From a virus: a stretch of DNA of 64,000 bases. Position 1 is the first letter of the stretch. Each line of letters opens with the position of its first letter. A program made the translations under genes and the position numbers. Location of the stretch: positions 27,272 to 91,271 of IMG/VR virus record IMGVR_UViG_3300032265_001314. One strand, written 5' to 3'. The notes under the pieces were generated by a model. That model saw only the letters and a program-made list of their open reading frames with translations, had not been told where the DNA came from and did no database searches. Shown here piece by piece: positions 31,466 through 40,653 of this stretch.

Positions 31466-32688
31466 TTGTCCTCAATCTTTTGAAGTGTTTCTGCAAATCT
31501 AGTTTCTGCTCTAGATATATAAAAATCATACAGATTTTTCTTAGCAAAAGCTAAATTATAATCAAACCTGTGCCTGCTATTAATCCATAATTGTTTTGTT
31601 CTTTCAACGTCTGTTAACAATAAAAGATTATCAGTTATCGCTTTATACATACGATCTATGGGGTTTTTTATTAAATCATAGCTGTGATCTATTATATCAT
31701 CAAATACGTCTATACCTATGTCTCTTAGGAATTTAACAGATCCATTGCTAGAAATCATTATTGGAAAGTTGTATGCGTAGATGCTGTTCAGCGTTTTTTC
31801 AGTTATGTTAAAAGCAGGTTCGGTATACGAAGTCTCGCCTATCAATTCAACAAATGATTGCTTATAATATGCAGACAAGCTGTTCTTAAAATTACTCACA
31901 TTATCATTGTGTGATAATCCGTATATATCTTTACTATCATTTATAAAAAGTTTACTGCGTTTGAATCTCTTAAATCCATTCTCAAATAAATCTCTTATTT
32001 CTGTTTGATCCTCAGTAAATTGCCAATTTGTTGTTTTAAGTAGATTTTTAATCTCTTTTTGGAACATACAAGATATCATTCCATTTTTCTCTAATCTTAA
32101 TCCATATAGTAGAGAAACCAACATAGCCCTCGGATGTCTTAATCCTCTGTTCAAACAGACAAAGCTGTATGGGCTATTCATATCTTTTTCTGTTATGGGA
32201 TCTAATGCTTTATATTCTAGCATCTGATTTGTTATATCGCCACCCCACGGAATTATATGTAGATTGGGATAGTCATCGTAGTATTGTTCGATATTTTCTA
32301 GACTCGTAAAGAAAATAAATTGTTTATCATCAAACATTTTAAAAAGATATCCTAAATTTTTTGCCATATCAGGAATCTTATCAACCCAAGGATTAAACTG
32401 TGACGAAGTTAAATGATCTTTGATTCCAACCATCACTAAATCATTTTTAATTTCATTTAAAATTTGATTTCGAAATTCCATTTCAGGATGCTCAATAATA
32501 TGTTGATTGTATCTTTCTTGACCATATTCGTCTATATCATACCAATTATTGGGTTCGTAATGAATAAAATTAGGATTAAGTATTGCACTCCAAATATATA
32601 ATTTATCGTGTGGAATCTTTATTTGACTAGCAAATTTAAGAAATAACCTCATGGTAAAATTGTCATTTGGTGGTCGATGTACAAACAT
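31462..32688 (-). CDS. putative glycosyltransferase-like protein
   Basis: CLNR..R..R, ET...ITEKT...PI and FD..DHSYD (GT-B-like C-terminal pattern). Confidence 0.5.
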   Translation of the reverse strand: MFVHRPPNDNFTMRLFLKFASQIKIPHDKLYIWSAILNPNFIHYEPNNWYDIDEYGQERYNQHIIEHPEMEFRNQILNEIKNDLVMVGIKDHLTSSQFNPWVDKIPDMAKNLGYLFKMFDDKQFIFFTSLENIEQYYDDYPNLHIIPWGGDITNQMLEYKALDPITEKDMNSPYSFVCLNRGLRHPRAMLVSLLYGLRLEKNGMISCMFQKEIKNLLKTTNWQFTEDQTEIRDLFENGFKRFKRSKLFINDSKDIYGLSHNDNVSNFKNSLSAYYKQSFVELIGETSYTEPAFNITEKTLNSIYAYNFPIMISSNGSVKFLRDIGIDVFDDIIDHSYDLIKNPIDRMYKAITDNLLLLTDVERTKQLWINSRHRFDYNLAFAKKNLYDFYISRAETRFAETLQKIEDK

Positions 32689-32912
32689 TAATAGTGCTTC
32701 ACCCAGGATTTTGATTTATATAATCATTTACCTCTTCGTCTAATCGATCAAAACAAGAAGTGGCAAAATGTCCAATAATAATTGCCGATGGAATGAGTAT
32801 TGATTTATCTTCTAATCCTAAAGACCATAGTATATAATATACAGAAAAGATGAATGGAATTTTGTGAAAGATAAAAATACCTATAAGCCATAATAAGAAA
32901 TTTGGTTTAGTA

Positions 32913-33266
32913 TCAGCATCCGCTCTCTTCTGTATCTTTTTTTCTTTTTCCATATTTGATAAGCTCCGTTAATTTCTTATTGCGATAGTCTTGCTCTGCT
33001 CTAGCGATTTTTTTATCATCCACTAAACGAAGCATTGAAAAGTACTCTTTGGCTTTGGACCAACCCAAAAGGAAACTTCTTAGCTCTTCTGCTGTACCGC
33101 GGGCTAATTCTATATTGCGTGTGTATACAGGTAAGGAATCATCTTTTGCTATCAATGCTAATGAGGGTGTACCAAATACTTCACTAGACTGTAGCTCAAA
33201 ACCTTGATGGAGACAGAATGTTTCGAGCTCTTTTAAAACCCGGTAGTGGACGGCTGTAGTAGTCAT
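32913..33266 (-). CDS. hypothetical protein
   Basis: GAGGAG RBS and a sigma70 promoter. Confidence 0.6.
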   Translation of the reverse strand: MTTTAVHYRVLKELETFCLHQGFELQSSEVFGTPSLALIAKDDSLPVYTRNIELARGTAEELRSFLLGWSKAKEYFSMLRLVDDKKIARAEQDYRNKKLTELIKYGKRKKDTEESGC

Positions 33267-33468
33267 ACTAGTGCTCCTCTGTATTATTTAATATAACACA
33301 TTACTAAATAGTGTCAATACAAATAAGGGATAAGGCATAGCATAATACCCACTGTAACTGCCATCCAGTTGATGGCCAATAGCACGAATAGAGTCTTTAT
33401 AAAATTTATCATATTTTAGTTATAACACTAATCAGATCAGCAGTCAAGCAAAAGACCCCGCTGTAGTA

Positions 33469-33789
33469 TTATCTAGATCCCGACACTTTAGAATTGGCAG
33501 CAACGGCACCTTGATAAATCCTTTGCGCTTTTGACATCAGCTTGTCGGTTAGTGTTGGTGGTTTATATTCTGGATCAGTTAGCTGTTGGACGAACGCATT
33601 TCCGAATGTAGCAAGAGGATTTGGAGTCTTGGGGTCGTCTACATCATCAGGACTATTTGGATTCTTCAGAGGTTTTTTATTTTGGTAGCGAGAGTTATAT
33701 TTGTCCACGGCACGTTGCAGATAAGCGGCTTTATGCAGCTTATCTGGATCAATATCGTAATACTCTTCTGTAAACTCTTTAGCTCTCAT
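33469..33789 (-). CDS. hypothetical late protein (MRAKEF N-terminus)
   Basis: TAAATA 5 nt upstream of ATG. Confidence 0.55.
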   Translation of the reverse strand: MRAKEFTEEYYDIDPDKLHKAAYLQRAVDKYNSRYQNKKPLKNPNSPDDVDDPKTPNPLATFGNAFVQQLTDPEYKPPTLTDKLMSKAQRIYQGAVAANSKVSGSR

Positions 33790-33807
33790 AGCTGTATTTA
33801 TCCTGCT

Positions 33808-34896
33808 TTAAATTTTAAAGTGTTCTACTATCTCTGGGAATATCTTCTTCCAGTCCAGCTTACGGGCTGCATCGTGATATTCTATATACTGCATAAATTT
33901 AGCATATTCCGTTGGATCAAATTTATCCATTAATCTCGATTCATAAGATTCAATTCCATATTTTTCTATTATCGCTTGCTGTAGTGTAGGAGGAATGCAT
34001 CTTAGATTCATTATTCCAGTCGCCGCATGACCTTTCTTAAACCAAAATTTAGGTTTTACAGAAGGTATATCTTTTAGGAAATCGCAAACCCATTCGTTAT
34101 ATTCTTTTATATAGAATATATTAAATGGATTCACTGTGAAACTGATACTGAAATTTTTGTTATCAGTTTTTAAATTTGTAAATTTCCATAAATTTTCCTT
34201 TACTTGATTCCATTGGAGAGGCCATCTTATATAATTAAAATGATCACCTGTACCATCTATACTAAAATTTATTTTGATGCCTTTGAAAGAAAGCAAAAGA
34301 TCCAGGGTAGGTTGATCAGGAAATATACTACCATTAGTGATATAATTTATTATTATATCTTGTGGGTTCTTGATGTTCTTAAGTATCTCTGTATGTGTAT
34401 TAGTCTTGAAAGGTTCTCCACCAAAGAAATTTATAATTTTAACTTTATCAAAATCAATGAGATCATTGATAGCAGCAATAGCATTGGTCAAATTAACACG
34501 AGGCGGGGCCGCTGTTAAACCACCCAAGGTCTTTTGATTATACTCTCGCCAAGTAGTACTTGTCCAAGGGCCACACATTATACAAGCTGCATTACAAGTA
34601 TCATCTATCTGTATTTCTATTTTAGTAGGATCTCCAGATTGGATATCAGGATCATTAAATTCAACAAGATCAAATCCTTTTTGCCTTGGAGATATAATAC
34701 CTTTCTTTTCGACATTATAACAGTAAGAACACTCAGGTATCCAATCAGTTACTTCAGCTAGCCGAGCCTTTTGCTCTTGTACAGCCTGTTTATCAAACAC
34801 GCTAATATCTGTGTTTTTAATCCAACAGCATGATTTGACCTTATCAAAGTTGAAGTTGTATTGATTGGATAAAAAGACGCAAAAAGTATTTTTCAT
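33808..34896 (-). CDS. radical SAM enzyme (paralog of 29277..30338)
   Basis: CNAACIMC, GGEP, TNGSIFP, SIDG, RWPL and IFPE shared with the paralog. Confidence 0.88.
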   Translation of the reverse strand: MKNTFCVFLSNQYNFNFDKVKSCCWIKNTDISVFDKQAVQEQKARLAEVTDWIPECSYCYNVEKKGIISPRQKGFDLVEFNDPDIQSGDPTKIEIQIDDTCNAACIMCGPWTSTTWREYNQKTLGGLTAAPPRVNLTNAIAAINDLIDFDKVKIINFFGGEPFKTNTHTEILKNIKNPQDIIINYITNGSIFPDQPTLDLLLSFKGIKINFSIDGTGDHFNYIRWPLQWNQVKENLWKFTNLKTDNKNFSISFTVNPFNIFYIKEYNEWVCDFLKDIPSVKPKFWFKKGHAATGIMNLRCIPPTLQQAIIEKYGIESYESRLMDKFDPTEYAKFMQYIEYHDAARKLDWKKIFPEIVEHFKI

Positions 34897-34917
34897 ACGG
34901 ATATTTATTGATAAAAA

Positions 34918-34994
34918 TGGCGACCTCGGAGCGATTCGAACGCCCGACCCAGGGAGTAGAAATCCCTTGCTCTATCCTGCTGAGCTACGAGGCC
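34918..34994 (-). tRNA. tRNA-Arg(UCU)
   Basis: GGCCTCG...AGGGA TT-TCT-AC TCCCT...GTTCGAATC...CGAGGTC GCCA; has its own TTGACA/TATTAT promoter. Confidence 0.93.
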
Positions 34995-35026
34995 ATAATA
35001 TAATAATAACTAATAAATTAAAAATG

Positions 35027-35602
35027 TCAATGGAAATTGAAAAGATAATTTACTCTACTTTTTGCCATATTTTTAAGTTTTTTCATTCCACCAGCAGAGA
35101 TTCTAAATTGCCAAGAATCATCTCTATCAATTATTCGTTCTAGATTTCCAAAAATAGATCCCTTGATATAAGTTGATCTATTTCCTGCTTTGTACTGCTG
35201 CCTTATTTTTTCGTAAGCATCTTCGAATTTTTGTTGGATAAAAGGGTCAGAAAAATCATATATCTCAGTATTTGTAACTACAGCAAAATCATCATTATAA
35301 TCAATATGATATTGTGTTTGTAATTTTTGATACAAATGCGTATCTCTGTAAGCTAAACTAATTAATTCCTCTCCATGGATAACACCTACCGTATGGGGAC
35401 TTGTTGATCCGTTCTTTCTAGATTTGATTTCGACTTTGAGTGCCGGTATATCAACCCCTTTTCCGTTTGATATTCCAAAACCTTTATTCCTCATTTCTTT
35501 TTCAAAATAGCGACCATTATTACCATTAGATTGAGAATAGGGGACTTGGTCGCCTACATTTATTGCATTCCTAAGTTTTTTTAGTTTGATTTTTGTGCTC
35601 AT
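35027..35602 (-). CDS. PD-(D/E)XK endonuclease-like protein
   Basis: GRYFE...GVDIP..KVEIKSRK. Confidence 0.55.
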   Translation of the reverse strand: MSTKIKLKKLRNAINVGDQVPYSQSNGNNGRYFEKEMRNKGFGISNGKGVDIPALKVEIKSRKNGSTSPHTVGVIHGEELISLAYRDTHLYQKLQTQYHIDYNDDFAVVTNTEIYDFSDPFIQQKFEDAYEKIRQQYKAGNRSTYIKGSIFGNLERIIDRDDSWQFRISAGGMKKLKNMAKSRVNYLFNFH

Positions 35603-35725
35603 TTATAATACTCCGTAGGTATTTTTTAATAATAGCATATTATTTATATTGCTCAAATCTTTTTATTATCGCGGAGTAGACCCCGCTGTGGCTTATTCTA
35701 TAAGATAGCATCTATCGTGCTAATG

Positions 35726-36574
35726 TCAAGCTTTTTTCATTTTAACAGCAGGACTCTTAGCAACAGGTGCTGTTACTGGAGCCGGAGGTGCTAGGACTAT
35801 CTTATATCCGCGTGGGAAGTCAATACCCCAGCTTCTCATTTCTCTTATCTCAGCCTTCACACCTTCTATATCCTTCGCCGAGATCTCCCACTCAACATTA
35901 CCTCTATCCATTATATAGAAAATCTGTTCACCTGGTTTAGGTTTCTCTGTAGGTAACGGTAAACTTGGTTTGGTATATTTCTCTTTTGTTGCTACGCCTG
36001 CAGGTGGAGTTAGTGCTACAGGTTTCGCGCGACCTACTATCCTCACATTCTCAGGACGGAAACTAATATAACTTAGCTGGCCTTTGTTTTCAACTGCATT
36101 CTTATAAACAAATCCATCTATCCCCATCTTTTCTAATAGATTGATAAATTCACCTATGAATTCTTCTGGACGCATCCATTCTCGCCAATAACCCCTGATG
36201 GCATTATTAGCAAACCAATCTAGTGTCCTCTCATTTTTTTGATATCGATAAGCTGTTGCCCTAGGATCTTTCTTTATGTCCTTTATCCAACTAGCTATCT
36301 TTATCATATTTCCTGTGCTGGGATCCTGTTGATCCACATAGTCTTTAACTGTCACTGGATTGTTTATACCTAGATCTAGTTTATATAGGTAGCCTGTAGT
36401 GATACCTTTAAAGCGTGGATCTTCTGCTGTTAGATAATCTAATCGCTCTTTTGCTGCTTGCTCAGATCCAAAATGGCTGAAAGGTTTAAACTTGCCAATA
36501 CGTGGGCGGAAACTGCCGTGGAAAGCTGCTACTTCATCTAATACTGATTCGGATATGATCTCATGGAATTTCAT
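35726..36574 (-). CDS. ADP-ribosyltransferase-like (ART-PolyVal type) domain protein
   Basis: FHGS..F..HFG, INNP and GIDGFVYKN..E..SYISF.PENV; TATAAATA late promoter. Confidence 0.55.
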   Translation of the reverse strand: MKFHEIISESVLDEVAAFHGSFRPRIGKFKPFSHFGSEQAAKERLDYLTAEDPRFKGITTGYLYKLDLGINNPVTVKDYVDQQDPSTGNMIKIASWIKDIKKDPRATAYRYQKNERTLDWFANNAIRGYWREWMRPEEFIGEFINLLEKMGIDGFVYKNAVENKGQLSYISFRPENVRIVGRAKPVALTPPAGVATKEKYTKPSLPLPTEKPKPGEQIFYIMDRGNVEWEISAKDIEGVKAEIREMRSWGIDFPRGYKIVLAPPAPVTAPVAKSPAVKMKKA

Positions 36575-36599
36575 ACAGTATTTATAGTTGGTGTTTTAA

Positions 36600-37211
36600 T
36601 TAGCGATATAGTTTATTATAGACCTCGACTATAGATCTCCGTATATCTTCGATATTGTTAGGCATAGTAGTTTTTACATAATCTCTAGGTGGTATGAGTC
36701 CCAGAGATTCATAGGAAACTACTAAATCATAATCATAATCTAGCTTATCTAAAAGGAAATTATTGCGTGTGATAGCTTCTATCGAACCTAATATCGTTTT
36801 TTCTTTGATCTCCAAGCTGTAGTCCTCTATCACTTCTCCAGGATAAGTCCACCACTTTTTCCTCTCTTGTGCCACATAGTGACTCACGATAGAATCTATT
36901 TCATTATCTCGATAAAGTTTGATTTTAAATCCCTGGCCTTCTAGCAGTTGTCTATATGGAGTAACTCTGCTTATCTGATCGGGCATAAACTTTATGATAA
37001 AATCGCTCCTACCACTTTTGTAAAAGTGATAAAAATTTTCCTTAAGGCCATAGACATGATCACCATATCTGTCGTGTCTATTTTTAGCTTCTGCCCAAGG
37101 TTCTAGGAAATACGGTACATTATTTTCTTTCCCTAGATGTGTGGCTAATACTGTAGAACCACTTCGGTAATTTCCTAATACTATTACCGGCCATTTTGTT
37201 ATAGATATCAT
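36600..37211 (-). CDS. sulfotransferase-like P-loop protein
   Basis: VIVLGNYRSGST, EP, LYR...S and SYE motifs. Confidence 0.55.
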   Translation of the reverse strand: MISITKWPVIVLGNYRSGSTVLATHLGKENNVPYFLEPWAEAKNRHDRYGDHVYGLKENFYHFYKSGRSDFIIKFMPDQISRVTPYRQLLEGQGFKIKLYRDNEIDSIVSHYVAQERKKWWTYPGEVIEDYSLEIKEKTILGSIEAITRNNFLLDKLDYDYDLVVSYESLGLIPPRDYVKTTMPNNIEDIRRSIVEVYNKLYR

Positions 37212-37255
37212 CGTATATTCCTTATCAAAATTAAAAGACCCCGCTGTGACTTATT

Positions 37256-37465
37256 TTATAAGCCAACCTTGATCTTTTGAGATCTAACAAATCCACAAGA
37301 ATCGCAGCTTTGGAACTGTATATAGTCACCGTAGAGATTCTTTTGTAGTTTATGATCCCACTTGCGCCAAACGTGTATGTTCCATCGGCACTTCCACGAA
37401 GATACTAACAACGGTCTGTCTGCTAGAGTTCTTACGAGATTTTCTTTATCGACCGAGCTTGCCAT
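37256..37465 (-). CDS. small Zn-ribbon protein (paralog of 57291..57530)
   Basis: ENLVRTL, C..HxW.KW and CDSCG. Confidence 0.6.
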   Translation of the reverse strand: MASSVDKENLVRTLADRPLLVSSWKCRWNIHVWRKWDHKLQKNLYGDYIQFQSCDSCGFVRSQKIKVGL

Positions 37466-37500
37466 ATAAAACAAAGACCCCGCTGTTGGTAGATAAAGTA

Positions 37501-37660
37501 TTGGGAGGTACGAGTGTCGACCCTCTTTTCAGTGCCCGGGTTTCCAAGGTTACGATCGTTGTGCGCCCTTAAAGCCACCATCCATCTCCCGACCTCGACA
37601 TAGCAGGCTTACTAAGTAAGCAAAATCCACTATATCCGTGCAATCTGCACTGCCTCCCAA
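37501..37660 (-). ncRNA. candidate structured ncRNA (about 160 nt)
   Basis: Terminal stem TTGGGAGG/CCTCCCAA with internal helices; G-U pairs favour the minus strand; no ORF. Confidence 0.5.
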
Positions 37661-37666
37661 ATAGTA

Positions 37667-37936
37667 TTAAGCATACCTCTTGATCAGATGGTAACCAAAC
37701 TGTGTCTGCACAGGCTGGCTCAATCCATCCACAGGTAATGCTGCTGTAGCATCTTCAAATGGCTTAACCATCTGCCCTGTACCGAACATACCCAAATCAC
37801 CGCCATTGGCCTTGCTTGGGCAGAGGCTATTCTGCATCGCAGCACTTTCAAAAGGTGTGCCGTCTAGGATAAGCTGACGTAGACTGACAGCTTCATTTAA
37901 TGTCTTAACCAATATATGTTTGGCTCCAAATGCCAT
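37667..37936 (-). CDS. ppiC: parvulin peptidyl-prolyl isomerase
   Basis: AKHILV, SLCPS..GGDLG.F..GQMVKPFE and TQFGYHLI motifs. Confidence 0.93.
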   Translation of the reverse strand: MAFGAKHILVKTLNEAVSLRQLILDGTPFESAAMQNSLCPSKANGGDLGMFGTGQMVKPFEDATAALPVDGLSQPVQTQFGYHLIKRYA

Positions 37937-37957
37937 TATCGTCTCCTGTTAAAAAAA

Positions 37958-38040
37958 TGGTGCCTGGGGAGGGACTCGAACCCCCGTTGTTTGTATTCCG
38001 CCTTACAAAAGCGGTGCTGTCGCCGCTGAGCCACCCAGGC
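37958..38040 (-). tRNA. tRNA-Thr(UGU), atypical 12-nt variable region
   Basis: GCCTGGG/CCCAGGC ACCA; CCGCT TT-TGT-AA GGCGG; GTTCGAGTC. Confidence 0.85.
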
Positions 38041-38267
38041 TATTCCATTAATGCTTATTCATATCCTTCTGCTTGCGGCGCCGTTCTGCGACCCCATGCA
38101 GCATATATATAGCATCTCGTATGGTATCACACTTGCTAAAAGCGAGTTGTATATCACCACCCGATACCTTATCTACAGGAAAACCTACAGCCTTTAGTTC
38201 GTTAACAAAAAGCTGGAACAAACGTCCTTCAGTCATGTTACTCTCCAAGGTTAAGAAGAAGATAAGG

Positions 38268-38294
38268 TGCGGTAGAGGACGATCCTCTACCGCA
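38268..38294 (-). terminator. intrinsic terminator
   Basis: 12-bp stem TGCGGTAGAGGA/TCCTCTACCGCA with a T-rich tail on the minus strand, after 38330..38596. Confidence 0.6.
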
Positions 38295-38329
38295 GTATTT
38301 ACTTAGCTTTGATAGCGTTTCCGCTAGTA

Positions 38330-38596
38330 TTAAGCGAAAACCTTAGCGCGGCTGCCGGTAACATCACGAGCAACCATACGATAGGCCGTATTGCCCTTTG
38401 AGTTCTTCAAAGTGCGGATATCCAAACCAGCAGCACGCATCTCAGCGATACGAGCGCGAAGATTCTGGATGCCATAGGTAGCAACAGCCTGAGCTTCGGA
38501 GATAGTGCGCTCAGTACCACGGAGGTGCTGTTCCAAGAAAGTCTTCTGCGGAACGGTGAGCGTAGTGAAAGAAGTTGTGAAAGAATAGTTAGTCAT
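38330..38596 (-). CDS. winged HTH-like small DNA-binding protein
   Basis: IS..QA...YGIQNLRARIAEMR..G..I pattern. Confidence 0.65.
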   Translation of the reverse strand: MTNYSFTTSFTTLTVPQKTFLEQHLRGTERTISEAQAVATYGIQNLRARIAEMRAAGLDIRTLKNSKGNTAYRMVARDVTGSRAKVFA

Positions 38597-38694
38597 TTGC
38601 CTTTTTCCCTTTAGTGTTTCACTGCACTATTGCAGTATTTTTGTATAATAGCAGCATTCTTACGGATTGTCAATGAGTAATGTGTCCAAACCGT

Positions 38695-39051
38695 TTATGC
38701 TGCTATAGCAAGGTGTTTGCAGCTCTTGCGGAACTGGAAACCTGAGCAGTCACAGGTGATGCTGTTAGGACCCGCCGTGACAGTATATGTATTGCCTTTG
38801 CTGCCTGCGACAGTGTAGATCTTAATGTTGCTAGGTCGCTCTTCTGCCACAACATCATCTATGCTAACAATCATGCTAGGATGGATCATACGCACAGGAA
38901 ACTGCGGATCACCAGTAGTGAGACAGATTGTGCCGGGTTCTGCCCATTTGGGTGTAGGAACTACTTCACCTTCACGCACATAGGTTTCAGGAAACCAATA
39001 GCCGTATGCATCTCTGCGGGCCCATCGTGGATCTCTAACTACGATTCTCAT
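38695..39051 (-). CDS. SWIM zinc-finger protein
   Basis: GSKGNTYTV...CDC..F..R..CKH. Confidence 0.75.
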   Translation of the reverse strand: MRIVVRDPRWARRDAYGYWFPETYVREGEVVPTPKWAEPGTICLTTGDPQFPVRMIHPSMIVSIDDVVAEERPSNIKIYTVAGSKGNTYTVTAGPNSITCDCSGFQFRKSCKHLAIAA

Positions 39052-39518
39052 AATAGTTTTCCCATTTGGTTCATCTGTTTCTTAAAGGACTTCCACTGCA
39101 TATAGAGACCAATCTCTCTACCCAGTGCTTCAATCTCCCAAGGATAGTCATAATAGTTGAGACTGTCACTATCTATGTTTTCGCCCATCCATCGGGTACC
39201 TTTACCTGCATCTCGCAACTCGCCTTTGGCATACTGCTTGATGTGAGTAAACTCGTGAGCCAGCGTCATTAGTGTGCGCCTGTGGCTCAGTTTATCAGTG
39301 ATCCTCATATCAAAGGATCTTGGATATCTCGCTGGGCCTTTTACGCCCACATCTGCGAAGATATCTTCCTTTTTAATCAAACTGGGTACAAACCGTATGT
39401 TTACGGTTATGTTGGCACTGAGCCTAGCTTTGAGCAGCTTCTCAGCCCAAAAGTTCATAGCATTGCGTATCTCTTTACGCAAAGCTGGGTCTTTACAGTT
39501 TGAAATGTTGATTTTCAT
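39048..39518 (-). CDS. zincin metallopeptidase-like protein
   Basis: LAHEFTHIKQ and PWEIEA motifs. Confidence 0.75.
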   Translation of the reverse strand: MKINISNCKDPALRKEIRNAMNFWAEKLLKARLSANITVNIRFVPSLIKKEDIFADVGVKGPARYPRSFDMRITDKLSHRRTLMTLAHEFTHIKQYAKGELRDAGKGTRWMGENIDSDSLNYYDYPWEIEALGREIGLYMQWKSFKKQMNQMGKLL

Positions 39519-39548
39519 ACTGTTATTGTAGCAGATTGCGTAGGAATG

Positions 39549-39905
39549 TCAACTGAACTTTTTGGTTAATATAGCCCAACCAAATGGACTGTATCCGCTA
39601 GGGCCATCCATTGGAGCTATATGCAGGATGTCATCTATCATCTGTAGGTCCCAATTTTTATACCTTGGATCATACACTGCCTTGTCCTGCATCCAGGCTT
39701 GTAACTTGCTAATCATAACGAAGTTACCTTGGGGGTATTTTCCCTTGAGCATGAGTATCAACATATCGTTGCTAGTAATCGGTCGCCATTCACAAGTATC
39801 ATATAGCTTGCGATTACCGTGTTGGCTCTTTATTAAAGCGCGGTGACGTAGGGTCTTGAACTCACGCTCACGTATCAATACCTTGCGAACTAGATCTTGT
39901 TTCAT
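39549..39905 (-). CDS. hypothetical protein
   Basis: ORF directly after a TTGACA/TATACT promoter. Confidence 0.5.
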   Translation of the reverse strand: MKQDLVRKVLIREREFKTLRHRALIKSQHGNRKLYDTCEWRPITSNDMLILMLKGKYPQGNFVMISKLQAWMQDKAVYDPRYKNWDLQMIDDILHIAPMDGPSGYSPFGWAILTKKFS

Positions 39906-40020
39906 ACAAGCAGTATAATGAAGGTAGCAGTTAATGTCAAGGCTAATAGCAGCAGTTTGATATCCAATTCACCCTGAGGTAAATCATAATCATATTTACT
40001 GCTGCTGGGCTGTTTCACGT

Positions 40021-40653
40021 TTAGAATATAAATCCAAATGCATCAATATCAGTTTGGAATAATCCATCTATTGTGTTTTTCATGCTGTCAGTATATGCTT
40101 CTCTGTAGGTAACGAGCCAAGGAAACGACACTTCTGTATCAGTTCCAAAATAATCCATTATTGGATTAAAATCAGCTCCGCGCTGTTCTTGTTTGAAAAC
40201 ATAGTCAGCAGTTACTGGAGTTGCTATTCCATTGATAGTAGCTGTTCCTGAAACCCAAGCTGTCTGTGGTGCCCTAGGACCCCATGAAAACTGCCAAGTA
40301 TTATCTGTGACTAGATTTGGCAATTGATTAACAAATGCTTCAAAACTAGTTAGATTAATTTGATCAATCATAGGAAAAGAATGACCTGCAGCTTTCATTA
40401 GCTTTAGCTCATTATAGCTATCGTGGATCCTTCTCCAAGGTTTAGTAACAACAGCAATGAACTTATGCGAAGGATTAGCTGTCTTTCTCTCGCCTATTCC
40501 TAAGAAATGTGCATCAGCAGTTGGATTTTTGAATAACCTACCTTGGGGAGCGTGTGCATCAAACCAATTATCAATTTCTCTTACTCCAGAAACTACTCCA
40601 GGAACAGGAATTAACTCAAAAACAGAGCTATCATTTTGATATGTTACAGTCAT
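40021..40653 (-). CDS. sulfotransferase-2-like protein
   Basis: FIAVVTKPWRRIHDSY, FEAFV, PQ and DIDAFG motifs; start trimmed to the GGAG RBS. Confidence 0.5.
   Translation of the reverse strand: MTVTYQNDSSVFELIPVPGVVSGVREIDNWFDAHAPQGRLFKNPTADAHFLGIGERKTANPSHKFIAVVTKPWRRIHDSYNELKLMKAAGHSFPMIDQINLTSFEAFVNQLPNLVTDNTWQFSWGPRAPQTAWVSGTATINGIATPVTADYVFKQEQRGADFNPIMDYFGTDTEVSFPWLVTYREAYTDSMKNTIDGLFQTDIDAFGFIF

Noticed and set aside
34918-34994. Possible amber suppressor (CTA in the anticodon loop) and stop-codon recoding
   Set aside because: With the AGGGA/TCCCT stem the 7-nt loop is TT-TCT-AC, so the anticodon is UCU (Arg). Long genes are intact in the standard code, so no recoding is needed.
37501-37660. 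Assignment as 6S RNA, SRP RNA or tmRNA
   Set aside because: It is multibranched rather than a rod with a central bubble, and it lacks the SRP loop motif and a tRNA-like end. Left unassigned.
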